Part shown: positions 12,354-26,644 of the stretch, piece by piece
Layout: every line of letters begins with the position of its first letter
Numbering within the stretch: position 1 is the stretch's first letter
NCBI GenBank assembly: GCA_026023565.1
Contig: JAPETS010000004.1
Span: 434,001-498,000, forward strand
Reading direction: 5' to 3'
Source: Cirrosporium novae-zelandiae
Lineage: Eukaryota
Length of the DNA stretch: 64,000 nucleotides
The notes under the pieces: generated by a model
Databases searched by the model: none
Told to the model about the DNA's origin: nothing
The model's input: only the letters and a program-made list of their open reading frames with translations
Translations under genes and position numbers: made by a program

Positions 12354-14407
12354 CTAGTCAGAACCTTCCCTCTTTCGCTTCTTGAGAAACTTCTTTTCAC
12401 CGGATGGCACGGGGCTTGCACTGTGTTGTGAAGCCTCGTCAGAGGAGCTGCTACTCGAAGAACTGCCGGCTGCAGCCCTGGCGGCCTCAAATAGAACCGT
12501 ACCTAGGGTATTCGCATCACCTTCTTGAAACGGCATGTTTTTGTGATCAGGCGTTTCACCATCTTCCAGCACACTCATGACTATTGCCCCACTGCCATGA
12601 GTTCTAGCATGCTGAGAGAGATTGTCACTTCGAGAGAACTTTTTGCCGCATTCATGACATTCAAAAGGCTTCTCGTGAGTGTGAAGTGATCGATAGTGGC
12701 GCTTGAGGTGTTCTTGCCGTCTGAAGCGACGAGAGCAGAGCGAGCACACAAAAGTTTTTGAAGGATCCTCGGTGAGAGATTGCTTGCGACCGCGACGATT
12801 GACAGGGTTAGGAGCCGGTGCTGGAGCAGCCGATTCAGAACCAGAGGTAGCGACTTTGCCGGTGGAGGGGGTGGTGTTTTGTGCATTTGATGATCCTGAT
12901 TGTTGCGCCGACGCAGGATGGGATTGTGCTGAATTGCCACGGCTAGTGACTTGAATCTGGGATTTGTGCATACTAGAACCGAAGTCCGAGGACGAATCGC
13001 TGTCTGAGGATTTCTTAGGTTTGCGTTGTTGAACTCTCTTCTTGGACTTCATCGCGTCAGTCGCGTCCTCGAGGCCAAGATCAGTGACCCCTGATTCTGT
13101 AGGTGAAGGTAACCCAATTAGAGCGACGTTATCTTCGTCGCAGTAGTCCTCGAAGCTTTCCTCACCGAGAAAACTATCCTCCTCAAAGCTGAAAAGATCA
13201 ACTCGTTGGCGTTTGTTGCCTAAGTAGAGAGCGTCTTCACTAGGCGAGAAGTTGACAATACCCTTGACAAACTCGTCTTCAGAGTCAAAATCGCACAATG
13301 TGTCAAAGGTCGGTAAGGCACTTAGAGTTTCGGTTGTGAAGGAACTGAAAGAACTGTTCAAAGATTGGTCAAGTTCAGGCGTCGCTGTTTCTCCAACTAG
13401 TACAAATTTATGCTCTTCATCATCACCAGAGCAAAGAGTAGGGAGTGGTGGGAAGTCAATGTTGGCAGGCGAAGAGGAAGTTGTGGAAGGTGGGGTAACA
13501 GTGAGGTTTCGTGGATCGCAAAAGTCCAAGGACGCGTCGGTGCTGCTGGATCGTGGAATTGGCGATGGTGAAGGAGAGAGAGAGGGACAAGCGTTGACAG
13601 ATAGGAGGTCGGAGGCTTGGCTAGCCGTAACCGAGGGCGGGTGCACAAATACTGCAGAAAACGTTTTACGTTAGACTGGGGTCCGTGAACAACTTATGAA
13701 TTGTCCTGGAAAAAAAATTTCCGAAATTTTAGGGAAAGAGAGCCTGTTGTGATGGGCAACACTAAATGCATGGAAAATTCCTACACCGTATTCAAAAAAA
13801 AAATCTTACCTGGAGTTATTGGTGGAGAGCACATTCTTGTCCAGTCGCTAGTTGCAAGTATTTCTGATTGCACTTCAGCTTCACATCCTGCTTTCACCCC
13901 TGGAATACCCTCAAAGCCCAAGAACGATCCATTCACAGGCGTTGGAACTAGACTATTGCTCGATAATGGGCTATTGATAGTGCTTCCTGACGAAGAAAGT
14001 GGAGGCGTTGATGGTAGGAAATACGGATCATTTCCGCAATTCGATTCTAGAGGCTGCATACATGGTGAATCGTGCTGTTGGAAAAACATTACGGACTTGT
14101 GGCTGATGGGTTTAGGAGATGATGCTGGCGTCATAGAAGCAGAGCCAACACTAGCGAGCTTCGGGAGAAGCTGTTGCTGCGGAGCTGAAGTTGGCGGCGA
14201 GTATGCCATGCTTGGTACTGCCGCCATCATAGTCTCATTCTGCATCTGTTGAGCGTATGTCATCGCCTGAGGAGCACAAGGGATCGCATTAGGATGTGGT
14301 GAAAAATGACCATGTTGTCGATGGTCTGAATCTGGGTCTGGTGTGTAGTAGAAAAATGGGGATGGCCCCATCATCTGAGGTTGCTGCATGGCGAATGATG
14401 CTTCCAT
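12354..14407 (-). CDS. seb1: STRE-binding C2H2 zinc-finger transcription factor, Seb1/MsnA/Msn2 family (intron 13809-13652)
   Basis: [67 protein letters not shown]. Splicing gives the family motif SPPITPVFVHPPS. Confidence 0.92.
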
Positions 14408-17400
14408 TGTTAATTAAGTTTTACGAGTCTGGATATATGCATTAGCTTCTATCTATTACCCGACTAATGGGGGTTGGGTCCTGCGACGAATCATTTCATA
14501 CCTCAATAGAGTAGTCGCAAAGATAGTATCGGAGGTAGTATATGTTTGGTTGATACTTGGTTCACTTCACTTGAGGGTACTTGGTCGATTATTAAGAAAT
14601 ATGTAGTTCTTGATATGGTACTAAAATAGTATACAAATGCCGTCGTTGCTATAGGTCCGTAGTAAAGATCTCCAGCGTAGGACAGTAGAGGTAATATGAT
14701 GGAGGGAAAGACTGGACACAGGACGATGGGGCGTTCCTGGTTCTTATCTCGAAAGATGTCGACTTGAAGCTCGAGATGGAGGGAAAGTCGCAGAGTTGGC
14801 TTGAATCAATCGAGTAGAGAAATGTAAATGAAGGACAGGAAGCTGGTTGGAATTGCACTTAGGAAGGAGCGCAATTCTAAATCAATTCCCAAAAGAAAAA
14901 GAAGGTGACAAAGAAGGACTGAGAGGAAGAAAAGGTCGACTTGGTACAAGAGATGAAGTGTTGATCAAGGAATCAAGAAAGGTAAGTTAATGAGCGGAAA
15001 GGCAGCGTGGATAAAAGAGAACGACGATCTGGCTCCAAACGGATGCAGGACCGAGACAGGAAGAGCAAAGGCTAGTAACAGAACCGGCAGAACACAGGCG
15101 TGGTGCTGGGACCTGGCGTGGTGGAGGATGGCGTCCAGCATCGACCAGCATTGAATTAAGCCAGGCCACTGAGAGAGGCCAGAGCATAGGATTGGGGCCA
15201 TTGGAGGGCCATGGATGATGTGGGTGATGGTATCGAACTTTGGAAGCTCTCCGGCACGTCGTCCACAGTCCGTCGAGTAGTAGACTCGACCCTTGTTCCA
15301 CACCAAAAAAACCGACGGACTGTCGGACAGCGCAGAAAGCTACTGGTCAGGAAAGGTTTTGTCTACGGCCGGGGAATTGGTTAGTTCGTTAAGTCTCTTT
15401 TTTTTTTCCTGCCAGGGCTAAGTTAGCCAGATTGAGTGGGAGTGCATTGAAAGGTCCGGCTGAGATTGGGGCTTAGAGCAGCGAGAAGCAGAGATATGAG
15501 CGAGTCCACTTTACTTGCCGCAATAACCACAATGAAAACCACCAGAAGAGCCACCTAAACTCATTTGCTCCGTATCGGCATTGCATTGGCTAATTATTAT
15601 TAACCACCATTGAATAATCAGCATAACACCATATCAAAAAATGTCAACAGCCCATGATAACTTTGAATTATCACTAATGGCAAATCATATCGCTCTCGTC
15701 GCGCAATAATTCACAACATCTATATTGTTAGTGCAACCACCAATTGCAGCCTTGGTCCTACACGGAAGAATGACACGACTGGGTATTCTGCTTTTCTGTA
15801 ACTTGAACTCATGCAGTGATGTAGCAATGCAGTCAGAAATCGTTACACGTTCACCCGCTCAATAATTGACGTTGAAATGTTTAATAATTCACTCTCCCAT
15901 GTACTCGTCAAAAAAAAAGCCACATTGTGGTTATCATCTTTTTCCCTCCCAGATCGGGCTCTACTTGGTAGAACGGAAGGGTCGATCCGCTTAAAGCAAA
16001 AGAGCACTGAAGCACTGCCTCTCTGGCTATCCCACGCGAGGTTGAACTATAATGGACCTGATTTATGCTGGATAAAAACTGAAAATTGACTTCATCAGAC
16101 CAAGTAAAATTTTCGAGCATTTTCAACTTTCTGGCCGTGCTGCGGAAGAATGGGTCGTTGCGCATCAACATGTGCAGCTGAATCTCGACGGCTGAATGCA
16201 TGACAGATCAACGGCCATGAGCAGCACCCCAGCATCATTCATCTTCTCCAGAATCATGGAGCAGCAAGACTGTCATGTCTTCTCATGTATCATGAGCGTT
16301 GCGCTGAGAGCAGATGTAAGTGTGTACGCAACCTCCAGGGAGGCCCAATGATGTTGGAGGTTCCAGGAAAACAGACATAATAGTAACTAAAACTTGCTTG
16401 ACTGCTTCAGCTTTTGACGTTTGTGCGAGTGTATATGTGTGGCAAATAATAATTCTATTAGCTGGAATTTTTGTGCCTGAATCCGTCACACCACAATCAC
16501 CAAAAGAATATCCAATGATGAGACGGAAAGAAACTTTGTTCCAGCGAGTAATTTTTAGTCAAGCAACCCCTCAACGACGACGTGATGATTGGCCTTTAGC
16601 TATTAATGTTTAGAGATATGTTACTACTGCAAGACCGTAATTCACAATAATGTACCAAGGTAGAATCTCCGACTGAAAGTTGGTCTAGAGAGTTTAGAAT
16701 TCAACTCAGCTCATCTACGTATATGCAAATGTTTTGCTTGTTGAGCCGAAGACATAATGATTTGACTAATGCAGGTACTCTCCAAAGATTTGTCACACCT
16801 CGAGGTGCCTATGGCTAACGTCACCTGCAACCAAAGTGCATCAAGGACACATTCACTGCTAAACCACCAAACTACAATAAGAAGGAGAGAACATATTCTA
16901 GAGAGAAAGCTTGCGTCTTAGAATGTATAGCCATAGATGAGTACATAGTACATAACCCCAAAGCTCTAACAACTACTGCTAATTAGTCCAAAACTTCTAC
17001 GACAAAGGAAGAGGTGACTGCGAAACAATCCATCTCAGGTCCAGAGACCAGTTTTGAATTTCCGTCTAGTACGCGTCCAAAAGTAATATGAGCTAGTTAG
17101 GCGAGAAGCTTTTCCATATCTTCTGTTAGTCATGTTCACCCCAGGTGGTAACTGGTTGATAAACTGCTGATGATTATTGGTAAGAGTCGCTTCTGTCTGC
17201 CGAAACGTGGGGAGGAAAGGTAGATGTATTGTCGAGTTGTAGGCGAAGAAATGATGATAGTTTGCATTTAGAGATTTCCTATCATTTTCGCATTTTCCAG
17301 TCGCTAAGCACTTTATCATAGATTAATAAAAAAAATTCTCTTTATGTGTGTGCGTGTGCGTGTCTTTCTCTCTCTCGATAGGTTTAATACAAGGCATAAG

Positions 17401-19131
17401 TTGCAGGCATCGGCATAAGCAGACGTATAAAGTGAGACCTGTAAGACTTGTGAGACTCTCTGTGTGTGTGTGGGTGTGATGAACTAAAGATAGAATTTCA
17501 CTATTCAGTTTCCAGGCGCGCCAGGGTAGGCGGAGTATTCAGGGTATCCACAGACTTTGTTTAAAAAAGGCGGCCAGAGGTTTGTTCCCAAAAGGGAAGG
17601 TTAGGATTGCTGCTTTTCATTTTGATTGCCAAAAGAGGTTTTGAGAGGTCGGCTGAGCCAAATCATGTTTAATCATGTTAGGAAGCTGGAGATTGGCAGG
17701 CGTTAAGAGAGGTAACACTATCAACGTTAGGGTTGGCTAGGTAGGTTAGTTAGGTTGGTTAGGTTGATTAAGTCTGCCACTGGCCTATGGGCCTTGAAAG
17801 TGACTGTGACTCCGATGCATTGGTCCGTCGGTATAGAATACCTATTGGGTGATTCGTTTGAGGCATATGAGTGGCTAGTTTGTTGTAACCATACCGGCGA
17901 CGACCTTCCAGAAGAAATCATCCATGATTCGATGGCTAGGATAAAAATTGCTAAAAGTGGATTTGGGGAATTCGTAAACTGTGGAAAATATTGTCCTTGA
18001 CTTGCGCTTGGAAGTAGCCACTCGGCTTGTGTGGCTCTTTGTTTGCGGTGGACATGGTGGATACTCGACCCTATCAGTGGCACAGGATACAGGCCTAATG
18101 CAGGTACGCATTGAATACAAACGCAGGTACGAAACGTCTTTAGAATTTTCCCTCTCTTGTTTCAGGAACCACTTGCTCAGCTTCCATGCCATCATATCTG
18201 TCCCACTTCAAGACTTGGGCTTGAATATGATTTACATACAGCTCTCGGGAGATGGAGATCTGCATTGATTTGGTCAAGGAAACTGGCTTCTTCAAGAGAG
18301 GATCAGCCGCATAGAGTTTTTATTCACCTCTCAAAATCATTCACATTTTTTCGTCATTCTATCTTGTCACTTTTTTTTTTCCCTGAGAGGTCGAGATAGA
18401 TAAGTCAAGCCTCCTCTCTCGGCATGGTGACCTTCTTATGATGAGGATGGTCAGTAATAGTTAGTCGGTCCTTATTAACCGTCAGGCTTAATAGCATTCC
18501 TAGGTATTCTACCATTCCACCATTCCACCTGTTCCCGGAAGCCAACCATGCTCCGTCCCCGTAAAAGTAAAAAGTAAAAAGTAAAATAACGACCCGCATC
18601 ATTAACGGACCCTGATCACCGGCCCCCGGGGAAGTCGTGCAAATTTCCATTTGATGTTGTTTGGGGTTGTAGCTTGGAGTAGTCCGAGAGGCCAAATTAC
18701 ACTTAGGACAGTAGCTTCAGAAACTAGTGAGGATCGCTACGCCTATCTCGCTATCAAGAAACCAAGAAATCAACAAACCTACAGGACACTTTTGGAGGAA
18801 CGGGACGTAGTATAGTAATGCAAATTTTATTTGCTGAAAAGAAAGAAAGAAAAATCTAATCGTCTGGACTCTTTAGTGACCTGTGAGAACGGAAATTCCC
18901 AAAAAGAACATTTGCGCCATTCAAAAGAGGCTTTTTTCCCCCTCTCTTGCTGAAGAGGTGTTTTTTTTTTTCCTCCAAAAAGCGGAGGGAAAAATGTGCG
19001 TCAGTCAGTCAGTCTAGAACCCATGTGCTAAAGAAGGTTTGCTCGCGGAAGGCGGAATTAATATAAAGGATTTAGGAATCGAATCGGTCGGTTCACGTTT
19101 GGACGAAACAGAGTACTGGGATAAGTATGAG

Positions 19132-19154
19132 TGGATGGATGGATAGATGGATGG
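19132..19154. repeat. (GGAT)n microsatellite, imperfect
   Basis: tggatggatggatagatggatgg; a similar tract lies at 33058-33083. Confidence 0.7.
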
Positions 19155-21973
19155 GTGGTAGAAAGAGATTCTGCATTCTTGTAGCTGGAATGGAACTGCC
19201 AAACCACCAAACCTGATCATCTTCCCAGAATAGGCAGTGAAGACAGCGGATCCAAGTTATATTGTATACATGATAATTATTCTCTTCTTCGCGTTCTTTC
19301 TGCTCAATATTGATTACCCTGTACCCTGCGTGCTTAGCATTTTCCTGATATTCCTTGAAGCCAGCCACCACGAACTGGCCGTTGATTATGCCATCAGCAT
19401 TCTTCAAGCCCTTACCGCACGTGGCAATAGCTCAGTGAACTTCGGCCAAAAGAATAAATACGGGGAACTCCGTCCAGCATTGTCCCAGTAAAGTTCTTAT
19501 ACACTAGCCCTATATTGGAAATAATAGGGCACGATGGCCATGTGGAGTCTCTGGTTTCTTTCCAGGTCCTCCCAGGACAGACCCTGTCCTCCCGCATTTG
19601 GCCTTAAGGACTGGCCTCCCAGGCGTTCAGGCTCCCAGGCTTTCAGGCTATCCGGGGGGCGCTGTCAAAACATTTAGGCCTGTCCCAGTCTCTCTCTATA
19701 ACAATAGCAAGAGTAAATTAAAAAGTGTGCATCAGTCCCCATTACGAATTCATCGATACTACCTTGAACATCCGATGATAACTGAGAAGATACCCTAAAT
19801 CCAAAAGGTTGTGTGACTATTCCAATCAATTAGCCAGTTGCGGTGATTACCTTGGTACTTTTGTGCTTTTCTCCACCAGACTTATGCACTCCCTACACCC
19901 TGAAACACGCTAGAATTATTCTCCACGACTTCTGGCGTAGAACCGACGACAGGGGACTGCCCTCTTAGACCCAACAGTCTTTGACATCCAGAGCATTATA
20001 TTTCCCCACCCAAGATAATAATTCGGTGAGATCGGGTCATTTTTAGTATTGCGCTCATACGCTGCGGTTGGAAACAATCTGCAGAGTTGTCTGAGTCGTC
20101 TAAATCCAGTCACCGTTTGTTTCTCGTCGTGTCCCTGGTCCAATCATGAGAGGAAACAGACTACACCGGTTCATCAGCAAGAAAAACAATAGCTTCTACT
20201 GACACTCTTCTTCACATTCTTTTTCTTCTAGCAAGCACAGCACAAGTCTTCTTTCAGATGAGGCAGGGTTCAAATTTAATAGTAATTGGTTTTTGTAAAT
20301 GCTATTTCTTGGCAACATTCATCCAATAGATAATAATATGCTTTTTCTATCCAAGAGTCATAGCCATTATACCAAGTACACAGGGACTCTAAACTTCCCG
20401 TACATGGTAACTATGGAAACTAATGAGATGCCCTTTTAATAATCATAAAGTCAGATGCTAAAGAGCATTTCGCATTTTCATATCTGTAAGTAATCTCTCC
20501 AATCAATCTACTTGCCTAAAATCTGTCCTTTCAACCTGATATTATTTCAACTTTGTCCTTGACTTTTATTTGGCTTCTAGGAAAGGCTCATGGTAGCTCT
20601 CCTAGATCGGATGGAATAGAATATGCGCATCCGCTATGTCAAGAACATGGTCTTTGAATCTATGTATGGTGCAAAGGTTAGACCAGGACATGCTCTGTGT
20701 CAGCCAATAGTCTATGCGTATATCATGCGAGCCGAGGGTTCATAAACTGTGTCGTGTGTGTAATGTGGGCAAAGCATGACTCCAAGAATTACCATAGTGA
20801 CAAAACCATCCTGTGGTTAAATTTACGGATGGTCCCTACGTCAAAGGCACCTCTCCTACACGTTCTTCAGCATATAAACCTTGGTAGATTCACCCCTGAT
20901 ATGCGCATATCGTGAAACAACCTGCCATGAGTCCATGACGTTCAACATAAAGGCTCTGCTCCTTTTGCTAATCTTAAAACTCAAACAACATTGTGAAAAA
21001 TGGTGGAGAAGGAAGGCTGCGCAAGGTTTTGTCCCGTGGCGTAAGTAGGGTAGGTTCGAGTGGCAAAATGCAAGAGGACAAGGCGAGAACCAAGCAACGC
21101 AAAACAGACATGTCTGTATTCATTGAAGCGGTAGGTATGAGAGGTTTTCCCGTAGAGATCTTGATTTGTCGTGATTCGCATCGAATGTCATGACAATCAC
21201 CACGCCTGCAATTGTTGGCTATCGACTTCGCTGGAGTTATCTAACAGTCAGCCCTAAGCAAGAAGCTCGGAGGTAAGAAGGATTTGTGCAAGAATCATAG
21301 GATTCAAGAGCAAGGAAGATACTGTGAAGGCAAAATATGGTATCGAGACAGGCCTCAGAAGTGGTTGAGATGTTATCAAGTCCCTTCAATAGAAGGGCCA
21401 TTCATCCTCTTCCTATCTTTTGTTTTTGATGCAGAGCATCGTTCATCATAGGCCGTAGTGAAGAAAATTTCAACAGATCGAGCAGATGAATTTTGTTAAG
21501 TCAGTGGATGGTGTCTGTGCTTAAGGTTTTTACAGGGAAATGTCCGTTTGTGGAAGTGCCGAGGGAGTGGAAAGTCTTCTCCTTGAGTACACAGTACAGC
21601 CCTTCAAATGCAGTTTCTTACTCTACTCATTAATAGTTCAATATATCTATATATTTTTCCATGTCGCTTTTGATGAGGAACAGTTCATGTGCAGTGGATA
21701 CTTTTTCCTCCTCGAATCTACCAGAGCCTGATATTATATACATGAGATACCTAGCTAAATTCTTTGGATTTGTGATATAACTAAAATGGTTGACGATCTA
21801 GTTCGAAGCCGTAGTCATAGTGAGAGAATATGCCATGGGATCTTCATCTCGCCCTATAGCTTTGCAACCTACAAGTTAAAATATCGATCAATCAGACTAT
21901 ACCAGAGCCAAAAGCCTGTGATGGCATAGTGCTATAATATGCAATATATAGCCACGTCCACTACATGTCTGAT

Positions 21974-23931
21974 CTAGTAAATGTACCGAAGGCTGTACGT
22001 TGCGAAATATGTCAGCCAAATAATTTAAAGTCGTAAAAATGTTTGATCGCTGGGAAAACTAGATGAAAGACGAAGATGCAATCGTACATACTTCAAATTC
22101 TCCCGATCCGTCATGTCAGAAAATGCCGTAGCATCTAGATCTCTACCTTCCAAACCGCCTTCCATTTGTGACTGGATTTTATCACGTTTGCGGTTCTCGT
22201 GTGAAAGAAGAAGCCACAATATTGAAATAATGGAGCCCTGAAGTAGTCGGCAAACTATCATCGACCAGATCCCTAAGGTGTAGTATGGCCTGTGATTGTT
22301 CGTTATTAATATAGAATAAAGGAAGAAAATAAACAGTGACATCTAAAAACTCACGATTGATCTTCTTTATAGAAAAAGGGGCCGGAAATATTTCCGGTGC
22401 AATAACCTATAGGACCCTTAAATATTTTGTTATGTAGAGGGTAGGAAATAACTAACCCAGGAAGAGTAGAGCATTAGTAACAACTTTCTTCGTATGCCCA
22501 GCAGTGTTCGCTGTCGTTAGGCTCAGAATCATCACGAAAGAGGCTTGCTCAGGGCCGATTAGATAGTAACAAATCAAACGACCGACTTTCTGATCCATAG
22601 GAACATATCGTAGGCCGAACAATCCCGCGATATTTGGTATAAGAAATATCAGTACAAAGATACATCGTTTATTGGTAAAACGGTCATTTAGGAAGACGCA
22701 TGTGAGAATACTGATAGCTATCAATATGCCATAAGGAATCTGCATGAGTGTGGTAACTAGCGTGGACTGGACGAGATCAGGGATTAGAGAAGTCGAGAGA
22801 GCATGAGATCAAAGCAACTCACAAAACCGAATCCTTTGATAATGATGGTCCCAAAATTGCTTGTACCACCATTTGGTATATTTCCAACCAGGCCAAGAAG
22901 AAAGAAAAGGTATGATTTATAATCGAGAAAGACTTCCCTAATTTGATAGAGCTTGAAATGTTTATTTTCGACACCGGTCTGATTGTCCTTTAGTCGTTCT
23001 ACGGCTATGCGGCGTTGTTTATGGGTGAGTAACTTTGCCGTAACAGGAGAGTCTGGAAGCATAATGAACATTATCTATGAGCACATAATGATCAGTCTAG
23101 ATTGTTCTGGAGAGATAAGATTAGAAAAAAATCCCACTTACTATACCCCAGATACAACATGAAGCCCCAATAAGAATAAATTCATATTTCCATGATGGCA
23201 AAGCGCCTTTGATATGACCAATTCCGTAACCAAGTAAGCCTCCAAGTGCAATACCACCTCCATTGGCAGTGTACCATAGGCCAATGCGAATTGGCTGCTG
23301 GCGGCGAGTGTACCACATGCTCGTAATCAGCATGAAGGAAGGATCAGCACAGGCCTCAGCAGCACCGCCTAAGGCACGAAGGATAGCCAGAGTAGTGAAG
23401 CTACCGCATGCTGCTTGTAGCATCAAGAAAAAGCCCCTGAACATGTCTTACATTAGTTGAGGGGGAATACCACTGGAGTAACGATTAGGAACAATAAACT
23501 TGCCACATAAAGATATTAGCTCCGAGGTATTTTCCTATAGGTAGCCTCTGCATCAAGTAGTTTGTAGGGAGCGCCCATACAAGGAAGCCAAAGTAGAATA
23601 CACTGCTGAGCCAGTTGTACTGAGTCCCGTGCATATGTAAATCTTTTCGAATTCCAAATATCGCAGCATAGCTCAAAGTTGTCTTGTCAATATAGAAGAA
23701 TGCATAACATACGGCTAGGTATGGTAAGATCATAAAATCAATCTTCCTCTCTAGCTTCTTGATCTCCTGTGGGTCATTGAACTCTTCTAAATCATCTGGC
23801 CTGCTGAATAGAGCCATGGCTGTATCGCCATCCCCAGTGCGAGAGACCTTCCATTCTGAATGATTAAACTGATCCGCATTTTCAGTATAGGAAACTGTGG
23901 GTTTGTCATCGTCACGCGAGTTAGAGGCCAT
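21974..23931 (-). CDS. MFS transporter, allantoate permease (Dal5/ACS) family, multi-exon
   Basis: RKIDFMILPYLAVCYAFFYIDKTTLSYAAIFG, SMWYTRRQQPIR, WKYEF, LPDSP, ANTAGHTKK, AFSDMTDRENLNLRYIY. Exons join in frame, including one GC-AG intron. Confidence 0.9.
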
Positions 23932-25155
23932 TCTTTCAAAGATTATGTTTTCGTCAACTGGGAGAATAGAAGATGTCTTATTTTTCAGTGAAGGGAAACG
24001 ACGTAGTTTCCTGATAGATCGCAAGATTAGAGATAAGCTAGCTTTTGGATGACCTAACTTGCAAATTTGAGAAAGCACAAAGCAAGATAGCTCTTCCGTG
24101 AAAAAGCACGAAAACAGCAGAACTTAATAAATGATATATTATAGGTTAATCTTTAGGAGCTATAACCGGCCATATATCAACATATGCTTTTCCGGTCAGC
24201 ATACGACCCGGGAACAATGAAGAGGAACCGTGAAAGTTCTATGTAGCCAACAAAGTAGGTAGTATTGGGGATCAGTAATGATGTTTCCCCGCATCCTAAG
24301 TCATCTAGTGTAAAGCGGGGAAGCTGGGGTTTGATAGTATCTTGCTTTTGCATGAGCCCCTTGCTCTACATATCCGAGAGAGGTAGCAGGGTATATCCGA
24401 CCAAGTGCTGCACTCCTATACCTGTGATCGGAAAAACAATTCAAAGTGATAGATAGCATTTCCTACCTAGGTACGGGTAAATAAAGCTTCATCTCTGGTA
24501 ATATTGAAGATCTGTACTCCATCTGTGAAACCATTGATGTCTGCTTTATCACTCAACGGTATTGTTCTTGGTGTAGTAGAGTAATAGTACTGTTCCTGAT
24601 AATTAACTACTTCGGGGAGGACTTATGTAACAGCTGAAATCCCGGCTATAAGAATTTCTGACTAATAGTATGCTCTAATATTTTAGCGTCGGTGTATTCA
24701 CGTGCCGTGGAGCCGCACCACCCGACTATTTATTTTCGCTTTTGACCACAAAAATTTCTCTTTTTTCTTCGTGCGGCGGCGCATTTGTTAACATACCCGT
24801 GTTACTTGGGCATCCTTTTTCTATGATGCATACCCAGGTGTCATTTTGTGCCAAGAACAATGAATTGCACGTCGGTTCTAGGTTTACCAGGCAGGACTTC
24901 GTTTCTACTCGAGGTTCCATGCCTACCTGGAATCGAACAAATTTGAATGATCATACCCACTCAGATGGGGTTTGGAGGATATTTTTTTGTTTAGTAGTCT
25001 AGCAATGGGCTTCTATAAATGGGCGTAAATTAGGATCGTAGATTATCCTGTCTTAGATTGCCAGTTTGAAGCTCTATGGTATGCCTATATCTCAAGGCGG
25101 CTGGCTTCATTTGTTGGCCCATTCTACAATAACAGAAAAGAGGAGACGCTCGATT

Positions 25156-26284
25156 TTATGCCTCATCGCTGATTTTTTCCAGCTTTCCCATATCTCTTTT
25201 CTCCCCCGTTTCACCAATGATCCGTATTCTATCTAACCGTACTTTCTCCTCATCGCTATCGCCATCTACCACGAATAGGACGAGGGAGCTCACGTTCTGA
25301 AATTTGACAAACCGAAGCTCGATCCTTGCAGTGTTTGTCTTCTCGTCCCAGTCTCGAGATTCAAGTGAGATAGATTGAATGGGCGCAATGCCGTCTGCCT
25401 CTTCGAAACCAATAATATTTGGTCGATTGGTGTATAGTTTGATTGTCTTTGGTCGCATAGTTGGCTCCTCCCCTTCTAGATCGGGTATGGAGGTAACATG
25501 TATCGAATGAATCTTAAGATTGGATTGGAATGGCACATAAAGCATCAACTGCTCATCGGTATCGCTCACTACCCAGTCGTGATTGGGAGCTTCGTTGGCC
25601 TTGCCCTTTCCCTTCTTGCCTGGCTCACTTGAGTCGAATAGAGTTCTCACGCCGCCGAAATTACTGTCTGTATTTAAAAGATTAAGGCCTTTAACATCAA
25701 CCTCATCTGTAACATTTCTGTAAGTCCGTGGCAGTTCCGCTCCTATCCATGTCCCTCCACTCCTTCCCTCCCCAAAACTGCCCGAAGAGGATTCATCATT
25801 CGAGCTGGCCTCGGCTGCCAATTTTCTGACTGCATCCGACAGCTTTTTGGGATCGGCCCCAGTGATTGTAGATATGACTCGTCCTTTCTTAAAGATCATA
25901 AAAGTGGGCATCCTATTGTCCCATAAGTAGTCAGCTATGGCCTGAGGGCAAATTCAGGGTGAAAGGCTCACGAAGTGACACCATGGCTTCTTGCTAGCTC
26001 TTGTTGTTCATCAACATCAATCTTCGTAAAGGTAATCTTATTTGGTTGCGATAGCTGGGCAGACAGCTGGTCGTACATGGGCGATATCGCTTTGCATGGT
26101 CCACACCATGATGCTGTAACTATGAAGGCACAAATATATATTAGGAGTAGACGTTCAGCCTAATAGCAAGGATGGGGGGATCTGAGGGAATATGCTTGCA
26201 CTCACAGTCTGCAACAACTATGTTTGATGATGACACCAGATTTACAAATTGGGAGGTGGAGGTAATCTTGATTGGTTTCGCCAT
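25156..26284 (-). CDS. txl1: Thioredoxin-like protein 1 (thioredoxin + PITH domain), two introns
   Basis: Spliced DFTASWCGPCK active site; PITH motifs VSDTDEQLMLYVPFQ and LRFVKFQNVSSL. Confidence 0.9.
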
Positions 26285-26512
26285 TTTGATGTGATTTGAA
26301 GTCTCTAAGCTGGCGTGGCTAGTAGAAAAAAGGCCAGGCACAAGGGATCGGTGATAAAGGTGGATGGACTGGTCCCAAAATAAGCAAGACTCACTAACTC
26401 GGATCTTCACTATTTACCTTAGCGGGAATATATGAGGGGTGTAACCCGTATATAGACTGTTATAATACGGTATTAAATATTTAATTATTAATATTAGCTA
26501 ACCGAGGAATTT

Positions 26513-26644
26513 TGTCACGACGCCTAGGATATAAGCTCAGCGAGGCTGATATCTGGGTGTGACTGGTGTGGATAATGTATTGGGAGGCTCACCTGAGCCT
26601 AGGGCATGTGCCCTGATGGTCTAGCCTAATAGGGAACCATAACA
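26513..26644. mobile_element. Probable solo LTR (132 bp) of an LTR retrotransposon within AT-rich degraded sequence
   Basis: Begins TGTCACG and ends CATAACA (imperfect TG...CA terminal inverted repeat). Flanked by AATTT and AATAT, a 5-bp target-site duplication with one mismatch. GC-richer than its flanks. Confidence 0.6.

Noticed and set aside
14649..21731. Numerous 60-118 aa ORFs in the long intergenic region
   Set aside because: Many start at TTG/GTG, none has a recognisable domain, and no coherent splice model emerges.
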